From Malacoraja senta (taxonomy: Eukaryota), in the NCBI GenBank assembly GCA_038087875.1, contig CM075980.1:44082001-44146000 (forward strand): 64,000 bases of DNA. Direction: 5' to 3'. Under the pieces are notes generated by a model, which saw only the letters and a list, made by a program, of their open reading frames with translations, was not told the origin of the DNA and ran no database searches. Shown here piece by piece: positions 50,625-63,207 of this stretch. Both the position numbers and the translations under genes were made by a program. The stretch's first letter is position 1; each line of letters begins with the position of its first letter.

Positions 50625-51700
50625 GGGCAGCACGGTGGCGCAGCAGTAGAGTTGCTGCCTTACAGCGCTTGCAGCGCCGGAGACCTGGGTTCGATCACCA
50701 CTTCGGGTGCTGTCTATGCGGAGTTTTACGTTCTCGAGTGTGGCTGCCTCGCCTGCAGTGGTCTGTCCTCTCATCCTTTTTGTTATTTTTAGTCTGTTTT
50801 AAAGTTTGTTTTTGGAGGTCTTTAGTCTTTTTTATGTGGGGGGAAAGGGGGGGAAGGGGAATCTGTTTTTCGACCGGATAGATGGTCGAGGATGCATCTA
50901 TCCTCCGAGCCGCATCGTCGCCCCCTCCACGCAGCCTACTATCTGGATTGGTGCGGCCTTTCCGGCCAGAGCTTCAGCTTCAGCAGCGGCGCAGCACTGG
51001 ATTTCATCGCGGAGCAAGCGATGCCTTACCGGGAATCGCCGTGTTGGAGCTCCGGAGTGCTGGGACTGCCGACTTCAACACCGTGGAGCTGTGGTCTGTG
51101 GAGCTTCCAGCCGCGGCGGCGCTGACTCTGGCATTGCAGAGCCTAGGATCTCTCGCTGAGGTCGCCAGGATTGAATCTCCAGCCAGCTCGGCCTGTGGAC
51201 TTCGGGATCCGCGGTCTCCGGTAGGAAGCGGCCGATTCGGAGGCTCCGGGCAGCTGAGAGTGTTCTTCCGTTCGAGGGCCTGAAACACCGGGCCGCTGTA
51301 GCAGCGACTGCGGAGGCCTCAATAGGCCCCGACCATGGGTGAACAGAGGAAGATGACTGAACTTTGGTGCCTTCCCTCACAGTGGGAAACGTTGATTCCG
51401 CTGTGGGGGGATGTTTTTATGTTTTATGTTAAATTCTATAGTGTTGTGTTTATCTCATCTGTGTGCTGCATGGTAACTCAAATTTCACTGCACCAATTGG
51501 TGACAATAAATGTCCTTTGTCCCCATGACCGCGTGGGTTTTCTTCGATATCTTTCCATTTCCTCCCACACTCCAAAGACGTACAAACCAAGGAAACCGAA
51601 CATCTTGGAGGAAACCTACGCAGGTCACGGAGAGAACCTAAAAACTCTGTACAGACAAGCACCCGTTGTCAGGATTGAACTCGGGTCTCTGGCGTAAGGC
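50625..51700. mobile_element. HE1 SINE cluster hosting a GC-rich retroposon
   Basis: HE1 head at 50625-50734, continuation at ~51520-51575, inverted HE1 piece to ~51700. Confidence 0.7.
50735..51519 (+). mobile_element. GC-rich non-autonomous retroposon, near full length, Rex1-type tail
   Basis: CpG-rich body; conserved hairpin at ~51371-51411; tail aaatttcactgcac...gtgacaataaa. Confidence 0.7.
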
Positions 51701-51865
51701 AGTATGTACAGGAGGGAGCTGCTGGTTTACACCGAAGATTGATATAAAATGCTGGAGTAACTCAACGGGACAGGCAGCATCTCTGGATAGAAGGAATGCT
51801 ATGCCACTGTGCCTCATGAATATGATTGTACTTGAAGGTATGGTGATCATTAACTCTAAAAACAA

Positions 51866-52131
51866 GACCCCACCCCCCCAACACCCCCGCCTCCGCCTTC
51901 CCCACCCCTGCCCCCCTGGCACCCCCCCCCCGCACCATGCCCCCCCCCCCCGCTCCTGCCCCCCCCCCAACGTGGGGACAATTTATTGCCTCCATAAATT
52001 CCATAATTTTCCTCGTGGGGGGTGATGGGCGTGATTGGCTCTGGGGGACGCCTGTCTCTGGGGTGAGTGCCGATGCCACACCCCCTCCCCTCGCATTGGG
52101 GATGGGGCCCATCGGGTCCCACTCGGTCTAG
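51866..52131 (+). mobile_element. Helitron 3' terminal fragment
   Basis: Subterminal hairpin GGGGCCC-ATC-GGGTCCC, then ...GGTCTAG|T. Confidence 0.65.
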
Positions 52132-53921
52132 TTAACTCTAAAAACAACAGGTAGTACAAAATCATGCCAAAGCCTAGATTATTAAAGCAGAGGTAAAATA
52201 AATTTGTTCTCTTCAGTCTACATTGGTCTGGACATAGCACTGCCTGACCATACGAGTAATACATTCTCGTTAATACTGTTTGGAATATTCTGAGAATAGA
52301 AGGATGTCAAAAATGTCTATAATTCTATTTTGGGGATGTCAGCTCTTTCTGCATCAGCAGCAACTTCCCTTCAAATTTCTCGCATTTCCTCACAGCGTCA
52401 GGAACGAGTGGGATGCATGATCTCGAAATAGTCCTCCTTATTTATTTTCAGTTGGATGAGGTCAAGGAACCTCTCCTTTTCTATTTGTGCTAATTGGTGA
52501 ACACTCCAATTGTCTGTGGGCTGATGTGAATGTTTATACCATCAAAGGTTACTTATTAATGGACAAAGGTTCAGAGTACTATGGTAATAGCTGGGAGGTG
52601 TTTGTGCATGATTTGCATTTGTGTATTATCAAAGCACGAATATGATAACAATGTACACATCGTTATCAAAAATAATGTTGCAAAATAGAAATATTCCAAT
52701 AGCAATAAAACTATTCTATTCGAATTAACAAATATAAATTTACAAACATACCCTATCCCTAAAACCTTTCAAGAGTAATTTAGTACTGTTGTTCAATAGA
52801 ATTTAATGTATGTTTGGATATCACTAGCTGAAGAATAGTAGTAAGCATCTATGGCCAATCTACAGTGCAGGGCACAGGTGCCAAAGGTGAATGACTGAAT
52901 GAATGAATGAATGAATGAATGAATGAATGAATGGCCATCACAACACATGCAAAGCTTGCTTCAGAATAAGCTGTATGCTCAATTCTCTTGCCGATATATT
53001 CATTTTTAGACTTTATCATCCACAATGAACTATTCTGACCCCTGCAGAACACCTGGCCCTATTACACCCACCACAGCCCAAAGTCCTAAGCAGCTCACAA
53101 GGTCTAACTTCCCCCCTTTGACTGAAGCTCCAACTCTCTTTCTGCCTCCCCCCCTGTGCTTTCCTCTTGTCTAGCCTCTTCCACCTTGCAACCCGTCCCT
53201 CTCCCCTGCCCCTCACCCCCACACCCCATCAACCCGCCACGTTGTGAATCAATCTATTGCTGAGCTGAGATTCATCAGCTACTTAAAATTACAGATAGCT
53301 GAGGAAAGACCTCAGAGTGGACTTGGTTGTTCTGAGCACGACGATGGGTGCAATAAAAATATTACAGAGGAGGCACATAGACTAAAGAACTAGTATCCTA
53401 CTGCACTTCCTGGTTTGAATATTTTTTAGGTCTGGCAGAATTTCTATCCCTTTGTATTTTCAGGCTGTGTAAATATATACTAATAAGTAGTTCATCCATA
53501 ATAAAGGGTTGAGACCCTTCTTCAGGCTGAAGAAGGGTCTCTACTCATTACGTCACCCATTCCCTCTCTCCAGAGATGCTGCCTGTCCCGCTGAGTTACT
53601 CCAGCATTTTGTGTCTATCTTCGGTGTAGTTCCTTCCTACACATATCACACAAAACAAAACTGCCTTATGTGTAATTTAACTATTGCTGCATGCACTCAA
53701 TAGTGAGGCAGTGAATTAATCGGTTGGTTACAAAGTAAAATTGGAAAAGACTTTATGACATTAATATCTTATGCCACTAATGTCAAGTTAGCGAATGGCT
53801 CAGCGGGACATCATGTATAATTACAAGAGTGTCTTTAAATTTGTTATAACCATTGAACACAATTCTGGAATTTTCTGTGGTATTTTACAGACAAGCTGCA
53901 ATATGCACCAATTAAGCAATG

Positions 53922-54231
53922 CCGGCACGGTGGTGTAGTGGTAGAGCTACTGCCTTACATCGCCAGAGACCCGGGTTCCATCCTGACTATGGGTGCCGTC
54001 TGTACGGAGTTTGTACGTTCTCCCACCTGCGTGGGTTTTCTCCGAGATCTTCGGTTTCATCCCACACTCCAAAAACGTACAGGTTTGTCGGTTAATTGGC
54101 TTGGTGTAAATGTAAAATTGTCCCTAGTGTGTGTAGGATAGTATTAATGTGCGTGATCGCTGGTCAGTGCGGATTCGGTGGGCCGAAGGGCCTGTTTCCG
54201 TGCTGTATCCCTAAACCACACTAAACTAAAC
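53922..54231 (+). mobile_element. HE1 SINE
   Basis: Full head, core and (TAAAC)n tail. Confidence 0.85.
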
Positions 54232-54353
54232 AATGAGGGAACTGTATCCCCCCCCCCCCAATGATGTTCTTTCTGTTCCTACCCACGTTATTCACAGTCA
54301 AACATTATAGTCCTGAATAGACTTTGCTGGAAGGACAACTCACAGATAAAACT

Positions 54354-56480
54354 ATTTTTTTATTATTATTTTTTATTATTAATTGTTTTATTTTAACCAG
54401 CGGCATATGACATAATACAGTTATTGTACAGCTTCAATTTTAATTTTTAGCTATAGTTAGAGAAAAGAAGAGAGAAAAAGCAAGAGAGAGAAGACGTGGA
54501 TGTGCAAGGATAGAACCCCTAGACTACCAAATTGGTGTAGCCAAAGAGTGAGTAAAGGGCCTGTCCCACTTGCGTCTGGCCCGACCAAACGTGGTCGCTT
54601 GAGGCGTATGGTCGCACGGAGACATATGGCGTTGTGCAGGGCTGGTCCCGACATCACGCGGGGCTCCGAAAATCTTGCACTGTCTGAAAATTTTGCGCGC
54701 AAACGGCCTGTCGGCATGCAGGCGCATTGCGGTCGTACGTAGCGTCTTGACGGCGTACACAGCGTCTTGACGGTGTACGCCTAGCGTGTAGCATTGCGCG
54801 ATGATGTCACCGCCCGACACCGTGCGACGCCCAGATTCAGTCAGCCCGCCTCCTGCCCAGCTGATTGGTGAGTATGACGCAAATGACATCACGCGCGAAC
54901 TTAGCGCGTATTTAGCGCGTATTTAGCGCGTACTTAGCGCGAACTTTGCGTGAACTCCGCTTCCGTTTGGTCGTGCCAAACGCATGCAATCGCATGCAAG
55001 TGGGACAGGCCCTTTAGTAAAAGAAATAAGGAAGACGTAGAGAAATAAAAAGACAAAAACAGGAAGAAAAACAAAAGGTGATGATACCTCGCATCCCTCC
55101 CCACCCATCACCCAGCCCGTAATTAGATTTAACTTCAAAATTATGTTGCACCAAACTATCCTTGTGATAAATCAATGATTGGTGTCGATGTCTTCGAAAA
55201 ATGCTCTGTTTTTTCTGCTAAGACGAGTCTAATATTTTCAAGATGTAGCGTCTCAGACATGTTTGTAATCCACATTTTAAGAGTAGGGACAGATGTATGT
55301 TTCCAAAATTTGAGTATTCGTTTTTTCGCCGTTATCAGATCATAATTGAGGAAACGGCTTTGAAATATTGAAAGCTCAGAGCAGGCTTCTGACGTTCCTA
55401 GAATAATCAGTTCCGTGTCGGGGTCCAATTTTGTTTTTAATGTTTTTGAGAGAATTTCAAAAATTTCTCTCCAAATGTTATGTAATTTTATGCAAGAGGC
55501 GAAGGAATGTGTTATAGTTGCTTCTTGGAGACATTTGTCACAAATAGGAGATACATTTGGAAAGATCTTATTCAATTAGACTTTGAATAGTAGAGTATTT
55601 TAAATTGAATTAACGTATGTCTAACGTTAATCGAACAATTGTGTATATATAAAAGGTTTTCTTCCCATCTGTCTTTTAGAATTTTTAGGCCTAGTTCCTC
55701 TTCCCAGTCTCTTCTAATTGCTTCTGACGATGGGATTTCTATATTTAGAAGGGTATTATACAAATATGATATTAAGTTGTTTGACTCTGAATTTCTATTC
55801 ATACATTCGTCTAGTATATCTGGCAGCAGAGTTTGGTAGTCATGGGTATATGTTTTCAGGTAGTCTCGAATTTGAAGATATCTAAAATATTGATTACCTT
55901 TCAGGTGATATTTCGACTGTAATTCCTGAAATGAGAGAAGAGTTCCAGTCTTGTAAAGATCTCCAAGTTTTTTGATTCCTAGTCTTTCCCTATATGTAAA
56001 CGTTTTATCTATAATAGATGGCTTGAACAAAGGGTTATTGGCTATTGGTGAAAGAAGAGATACATTTCTTAGTTTATAAGTTGATTTTATTTGTCTCCAG
56101 ATTCGTAGAGTGCTGTGTATAATCGGATTTTTATCATATAGTGTGTTCTTCAAATTTGTTGGAGAGAGAATAATCGCGCTTATATTAAAAGGTGAGCAGC
56201 CCTCTCTCTCCATTATTAACCAATCTACCTGTTGGCATAAATTGTCCAGCCAGTAAATTACATTTTTAATATTCGTTGCCCAGTAATAGTATAAGAAGTT
56301 GGGGAGAGCCAATCCGCCCGTTTCTTTGGGTTTACATAGGTGCCGTTTATGAATTCTATGTGTTTTATAATCCCAAATAAAGTTTGTAATCAGTGAATCA
56401 AGATTTTTGAAAAAAAATGTAGGAAGATATATCGGTATTGATTGAAATAAATACAGAATTTGTGGTAGGAAGATCATCTT
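54354..56480 (-). mobile_element. 5'-truncated L1 LINE (ORF2 C-terminal half)
   Basis: ORFs 55572..56477 (LPQILYLFQSIP, GGLALPNFLYYYWA) and 55156..55575 (CDKC...THSFASC zinc knuckle); A-rich tail. Confidence 0.9.
54556..55013. mobile_element. PIF/Harbinger MITE in the L1 3' UTR
   Basis: TIRs AGGGCCTGTCCCACTTGC; TWA flanks; CpG-rich interior. Confidence 0.85.
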
Positions 56481-56864
56481 TAGTTACTAAATTAAACGCT
56501 CTTATTCAATTCTGGAAAACACTCCCGTTGTCTCTAATAGGCAGAATAAATGCTATAAAGATAAAACTGTTATAAGGACTGTAGCTGAAAAGTTCATTAA
56601 TTAAACATGGATTAGAGCTATTAACACTAAAATATAGCTTCCATCCTGTTGATAAAACTGAGCGGTGAATATCATAGAGAATAAATATTTAATTCATGTG
56701 GTTAGGGTCGCTGGCAGTTAGTAAATAGAATGTGAGAAATGTAAAAAAAAAATCCTTTCTCTTCTGCACTACCAGCTGTGTTCATAAAAGTCATGTATGC
56801 TACGATTTGCCGGGATAAAACAGAAATCTAAATTTTTCACTGTTTTTTGATACTCACTGACTTT

Positions 56865-57120
56865 AAACTTTAGAGATACAGCCCCTTCGGGCAACTGAGT
56901 CTGTGCCGACCAACGATCCCTGCACATTAGCGTTATCCTACACACTAGGGACAATTTACAATTTTACCAAAGTCTATTAACTTACAAACCTGTACATCTT
57001 TAGGATGTGGAAGGAAACTGGAGCATCCGGAGAAAACCAACACGGTCACAGGGAGAACGTGCAAACTCCGTACAGAATCAAATGCGGGTTTCAGGCAGCA
57101 ACTCTACCGCTGCATCACCA
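56865..57120 (-). mobile_element. HE1 SINE
   Basis: Reverse-complement HE1 match. Confidence 0.75.
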
Positions 57121-58475
57121 ATCATGGCAATAGTAAATCAATAAACCAATTAACGGGATTAATACTTGCACACATGAATCAGATATTTTGTCACTGATTG
57201 ACAGTTAAACAAATATATTAAACATTTTCTTATCTTTAAAAAAGGAAATTATGAAAGAAATTCAGTACCTCAATTTTGTAATAAAGCAAAATACCACTTC
57301 TGTCAATATTGTTCCATTATTACTATAAAAATGTATAAACATGTTACTATATTTAATAATATTTACAAGGTACAGCTTAAGTGCAGTTCAAAAATGATAG
57401 ACAATTTAAAACATGTGAATTTTTAAATATTATGAGCTTTTAAAATTCACCTTTGCACAATAATACACAATTTATTTACTTTTTAAGAAATCTTTTCCTC
57501 AATGTATCAACTTTACATTTACTGTTAACCCTTGGTGTCAACTACTTGAGCAGACAGGACTTGGTTTGGTGGTTTTCATAGCTGCCATGTTTTTTCATCC
57601 ATGTCAAATCATCATAAATTAAACTCTTGATTTAGGTACAAGGATAGAAAAGGTTTAGAGGGCACATTGGCCAATCGGGGGTAATTGGGACAACTCATTA
57701 TCCATATACAAATTGAGTCAGTTTCTCAACAACTCTACGACGCTGTATTTTTAATGGTTTCTCTGTAGGTACAGTAATGTATTTATTTTAGTAATAAAGG
57801 TAATGGGTTGTGGTTGAATATCCTGGAGATTATTTCTCAAATGATAAGCCCTTTAATTTGTTAATGTGTAGGAGGAACTGCAGATGCTGGTTTAAACCGA
57901 AGATAGACACAAAAAGCTGGAGTAGCTTAGTTGGACTGGCAGCATCTGTGGAGAGAAGGAATGGGTGATGTTTCGGGTCGAGACCCTTTTTCAGATATAA
58001 TAATAATTCTTTCTGTAAATCAAGTCATCCAAAATCCCTGTTCATCCCCTCATTTCAATCAGAAACTTGATTCCATCACCAAGTTTATTTCAAAGATTAC
58101 AGGATTAAAAGTGTTGGTAGTCGTAGTAGAAGGAATTAATTGTAATTTTACATCCTTGTTACTATTTAAAATAAGTACGAATTTCCTCTCCCAATTCTTC
58201 CATATTATTCTCAGCCTGTTTATGTTGTGATACTTGTAATGCCTTTAATGCTAGAAGCAATTTGACCTAATAACAGGGTAGACACAAAATGCTGGAGTCT
58301 CAGGCAACATCTCCTGAGTGAAGGTATGGGTGGCGTTTCGGGTCGAGACTCTTCTTCAGACCTAATAACAGTTATATTTCTCCTAATGTGAGGGATACTA
58401 GATTGGAAAAACTGCAGAAGGAAATTTTACGAGCTATTCTTTTGAAACACGATAATCCTTAAAAAGATACTGTAA

Positions 58476-59277
58476 TGGGGCTGTCCCACTGTACGAGCTA
58501 ATTCAAGAGTTCTCCCGAGTTTCCCCTGATTCGAACTCGGAGAATTACGGTAATAGCTGCTCGTAGGTACTCGGGGCTCTCGTGGACATTTTTCAACAGG
58601 TTGAAAAATCTTCACGAGTCTTCACGAGCCTACCGCGTTTCCCGAGTACCTGCCGTTAGCGTTACGAGCCGCTAAGAGACGTCCCGAGCTCCGACGTATC
58701 CGCTACGTACATTCTACGTGCTTACCACGAGTTTGATTTTTTTTTAAACTCGGGAGAGATCTTGAATGAGCTCGTACAGTGGGACAGGGCCATTAAGCTA
58801 AATGGCTACTACAGTCAGCATTGAACCCGGGTCTCCGGCGCTGCTAGTGCTGTAAGGCAGCAACTCCACCGTTGCGCCAGCGTGCCACCCTATTGTCCCA
58901 AGCTGTACCAGTCTCCCATGAAATGCTCGAGCATTCTTGCCTACTATTTCCAACAATGCAGCAATTTTACAGTAGATACACATTCAAATGTATTGTTTGC
59001 TCAACAACTTTGACTGACTAGATCATCCACTATTCTGCACATAGAACTAACATGCATGGCACAGTCTAAAAAGACCAAACTTCACAGTGCATGGCTGTGT
59101 GCAGTGTTTGAGTACCAACTGCCTGGGATGCTTCTGCAAGTAGAGTATGCAGGCATCAGAAATGTATGTGTGTGAACTGGAAGTGGGATGAGGAAAAGAA
59201 GAAGAATTAGGTAGGAGGATACAGACACCCTCACTCGGGAGAGCTCTTGAATGAGCTCGTACAGTGGGACAGCCCCT
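58476..59277. mobile_element. PIF/Harbinger MITE containing a copied 442-bp segment and a duplicated right end
   Basis: Outer TIRs TGGGGCTGTCCCACT / AGTGGGACAGCCCCT with TAA TSD (58473-58475, 59278-59280); 58793-59234 matches 23690-24131. Confidence 0.9.
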
Positions 59278-59976
59278 TAAGGAGTAGAGCAATAATGGAT
59301 TTTAAAGTTTTCTTGTGTTCTACATTTCTATAAAGTAACCAAATAATTAATACATAATAAAAGACTATAATTGCAGAAAATCTAAAACTTTTTAGCTAGG
59401 CTTTAAAATATACAGCAAAGTCAGAAATACGGACTCTTGTACAGCTTTTAATGTGAAAGATATTTTATTTTATTTATTTATACTATATTTTATTTATTAT
59501 ATTGAATGAAAACTAATTTTAACCGAAGTTTTATGAGAACATGCAGTTACAATTATTCTCATCTCATCAGGACACAAGCTCCGAAACAGTAACCTCTCCA
59601 GAAAAAGAGCTGGTCTGAAAACACTTGGTGAGGTTTCTTCAATTCTGGCATAACTTTGAATTTGGCACCACTTGCCACATGCAGCTACAGTGTGGCTCGA
59701 AGGCAAGAAATATTGCAGTAAAAAAACAATTTACAATTTTAATCGTTTTAAATAAAGTGAAGATTGGGCATANNNNNNNNNNNNNNNNNNNNNNNNNNNN
59801 NNNNNNNNNNNNNNNNNNNNNNNNNNNNNNNNNNNNNNNNNNNNNNNNNNNNNNNNNNNNNNNNNNNNNNNNNNNNNNNNNNNNNNNNNNNNNNNNNNNN
59901 NNNNNNNNNNNNNNNNNNNNNNNNNNNNNNNNNNNNNNNNNNNNNNNNNNNNNNNNNNNNNNNNNNNNNNNNGATA

Positions 59977-60171
59977 CAGGATTAGCATTGAGGGTGGCAT
60001 GAATTTAATGGTGAGAATTGCCTGTTTCGGTGCTGCTTCTGACTCTGTGAGGGAATGTAACCTTTGGGGTTACTCTCTTCCCTGAGGTTACATTCCCTCA
60101 CAGAGTCAGAGGCAGCACCGAAACAAGCAATTCTCACCATTAAATCCATGCCACCCTCAATGCTAATCCTG
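59977..60171. repeat. Near-perfect inverted repeat (87-bp arms, 21-nt loop)
   Basis: 59977-60063 vs 60085-60171, 3 mismatches. Confidence 0.9.
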
Positions 60172-60381
60172 CAACCTCCCACAGGGAATCCAATGGTATT
60201 AGTATAGTATTAGTTTAACAGAAATGCATGTAAAAGTCTTTTTGTTGCAGTCAAGGGGGAAAGAGTCAATAGATATGGGGGGGGTTTGGACGCCGGCTTG
60301 CAGTGCAGAAAAGAAGGCAGGGATTATCATTATACTTCAGGGTGATATTGGAAGTTTGATAGACAAGAGCAGGACTCAATA

Positions 60382-60814
60382 GGGCCATTCTTTGGAAAGG
60401 GAACCAAAATGTCACACACGTGACCACACGTCATCACATAAAGTAATCCATTAGAAATATTCTAGTAAGAGATTCATCTTATTCATTGCTATTTTCGTAC
60501 CCGCAGAACTATAATGCATGTCTGCTAAAGATATGAACATTCCAGCTTTTTAAAATTCACAGAGTTTGTGAGAAAACTGAGTTATGAAAAAAATGCTTCC
60601 GTGTGCGGTCACACACGTGACCAGTCATGTTTGACCTCTGACCCTAAACAAAAAATTGTCCGCATGACATATAAACATTTCACTTGATAAACTTCGAAAA
60701 AAAAGAATCATACATACAGTACAAAACAAGATACCTGTAACGCTTTCAGAATTAGAAGAGATGTGTTCCACAATTTTTCATATGTCTGGTCACACACGTG
60801 ACTAAGAATGGCCC
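60382..60814. mobile_element. Harbinger-like MITE
   Basis: TIRs GGGCCATTCTT / AAGAATGGCCC; motif GTCACACACGTGAC three times. Confidence 0.65.
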
Positions 60815-60929
60815 AACATGGCTTTACCTCATTCCACCAGGTCTGCCATTGCAAGGATAATATTGTTTACAAATTATCTATACAAATCTATGTCCCTTAG
60901 TCTTAAGTGAGATAAGATTGGTGCTATAC

Positions 60930-61185
60930 TAGTCTAGCCTAGGACCAGAGGTCATAGCCTCACAATTAGAGGATGTTCCTTTAGGAAGGAGATGAGAAGG
61001 AATTTCTTTAGAGGGTGGTGAATCTGTGGAATTCTTGATTCTTGATTAGTACCGGTGTCAGGGGTTATGGGGAGAAGGCAGGAGAATGGGGTTAGGAGGG
61101 AGAGATAGATCAGCCATGATGGAATGGTGGAATAGACTTGATGGGCCGAATGGCTTAATTCTGCTCCTATTACTTATGACCTTAT
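60930..61185 (+). mobile_element. CR1 3' fragment
   Basis: RTRGHSL remnant and 3' UTR. Confidence 0.75.
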
Positions 61186-61197
61186 ACCAAAGAGAGT

Positions 61198-61900
61198 AGT
61201 CATAGAATCATACAGCATGGAATAAGGCCCTTCGGCCCAACTTGCCCATGCCAACCTAAAGATGCCCCGCCTACATTAGTCCAATCTGTTTGCATTTGGC
61301 CCATATCTTTCCTATCCATGTATCTGTCCAAATATATTTTAAATATTGCTATTGTACATGCCTCAACTACCTCCGCTGGCAGCTCATTCCATATTCCCAC
61401 CACTCTGTGTATGAAAAAGTTGCCCTTCAGGTTCCTATTAAATCTTTCCCTTCTCACATTAAGCCAATGTCCTCTGGTTTTTAATTCCCCTACTCTGGGT
61501 AAAAGACTGTGTGGATTTACTCTATCTATTCCTCTCATAATCTTGTACACCACTGTAAGATTACCTCTCTTCGGGAGCCGGCGTGCTTTGTACCTTTGTC
61601 AGCGAGGTAGGTGGCCGCTATTTGTATACATTCTGTATGCAAGCAACAAATCTCACTGTGCCTAGTCACATGTGACAATAAAGTATTCCTATTCCTGTCC
61701 TCCTGCGCTCCAAGGAATGACATCCTGTCCTGCCCATCTTCTCCCTATAGTTCAGGCCCTCGAATCCTGGCAACATCCTTGTAAATCTTATCTACAAACG
61801 TTCTTGCTTAAGGGCATCTTTCCTATAGCAGAGTAACAAAACTGAACACAAATGTGGCCTCACCAACGTCTTGTACAATTGTAACATCCCAATTTCTGTA
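61198..61900 (-). mobile_element. CR1 3' fragment with a nested Rex1-type tail (~61575-61695)
   Basis: ORF 61200..61553 VYKIMRGIDRV...WNELP. Confidence 0.8.
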
Positions 61901-63207
61901 CATAAGTTGGGGGATCTGCTTTTAATGCTGACGAGGGCATTGAAGACAGAGGTGAGAGTATGACAGCGTTTACTTCACATCTTCTTATTAAGCTTCCAAT
62001 TCTGATTCAGAAAAGCAAAATGAATTCTGTAAAGACTGCAAAGATCCTGTCCTGGTTTAAAATGTAAAGAGGTCTCTCACGTGGAAATTAAAATATGCAA
62101 TTTAAGTCTTTCTGTAGATGAACAAATCTAACTTTTGGAGGGATCAATGAATATGATTTCAGGACACTTAGCTGTTCATCATAGATCCCCAATCAATTGC
62201 TGGTACATTATATTATTAATATTTTTGAGCTTTTTATACAAATGCTGAAGTAGTATGTAGACATTTATTCATGATCATATCTTCATATTATAAACATAAA
62301 ATTCTTTAAACAAAGGGTTAAGGTTGCAATATTTCACAGATTATTATACGTTTTTCCTGTATTTCATCTACCAATAGCAGATTTTTGAACCTCTATTTGA
62401 ATTATTTTGCTCCATCTCCAAGTAGTAGTTTATCTTTGTATCTCAATTTTCATCAAATATCAATGTGGAAACTGTTTCAAATTCGATACAGGACATTTTC
62501 TGCACATAGCCAAGTGTGTATCAAGCAGAACAGCAGAGTTTCACAGTGTGGAGCTGCCGCCTCACAGCTCCAGCAACTGGGGTTCAATCCTGAACTCTGC
62601 TCCTGTCCCTGTGAAATCCCTAGGTTTCCTCCGGGTGATACTGGAGCCTATGTGCTCCAAAGACATACAGGTTTGTAAGTTAATTGATGAAGGTGAATTG
62701 ACTCTCAAGTGCAGGTGAGCAGCAGGATTGGAGGGGGTGAGGGGAGAGATGAAGGGAATGTGAGGAAAATAACATGGGATTTGTGTGGGTTGGTGCATAA
62801 TGATGGGCATGGACTCAGTTGGAAAAATATCCTGTTCCCATGCTGTATGATTATGACCTGCATTATTCAGAGACTCAGATTTGTTATGGCACAGAAGACC
62901 ATTCACCCCATTGAATGGATGGCTGCTATTAATAATTTGAATTATATAATTATATGTCATATTCATGGATTATGAATAGAATAATCGATTCACCCATTCT
63001 TACCCCATCTCTGAAAAATTATTCTCTCCTAAGTGCTTCTCCAATTTCTTTGTGGAAGCACTGATTCATTTTGTTTTCATCACCCCTAGTGCCAGTGAAT
63101 CCCAATGATAACTACTCTTTCTATGTAAAATAAAGTTATTCCTTCCATTGAATATTTGAATTATATGTCACCGACTCGTCCGTCATTACTAATAGGATGA
63201 TATCTCT

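Noticed and set aside
50806-51380. Overlapping 77-133 aa ORFs and a possible HDV-like ribozyme
   Set aside because: The ORFs reflect high GC content on both strands, and I could not fold an HDV nested pseudoknot
57121-59760. AT-rich stretch as the 3' UTR of a minus-strand gene
   Set aside because: Composition is suggestive, but no upstream coding exon could be identified
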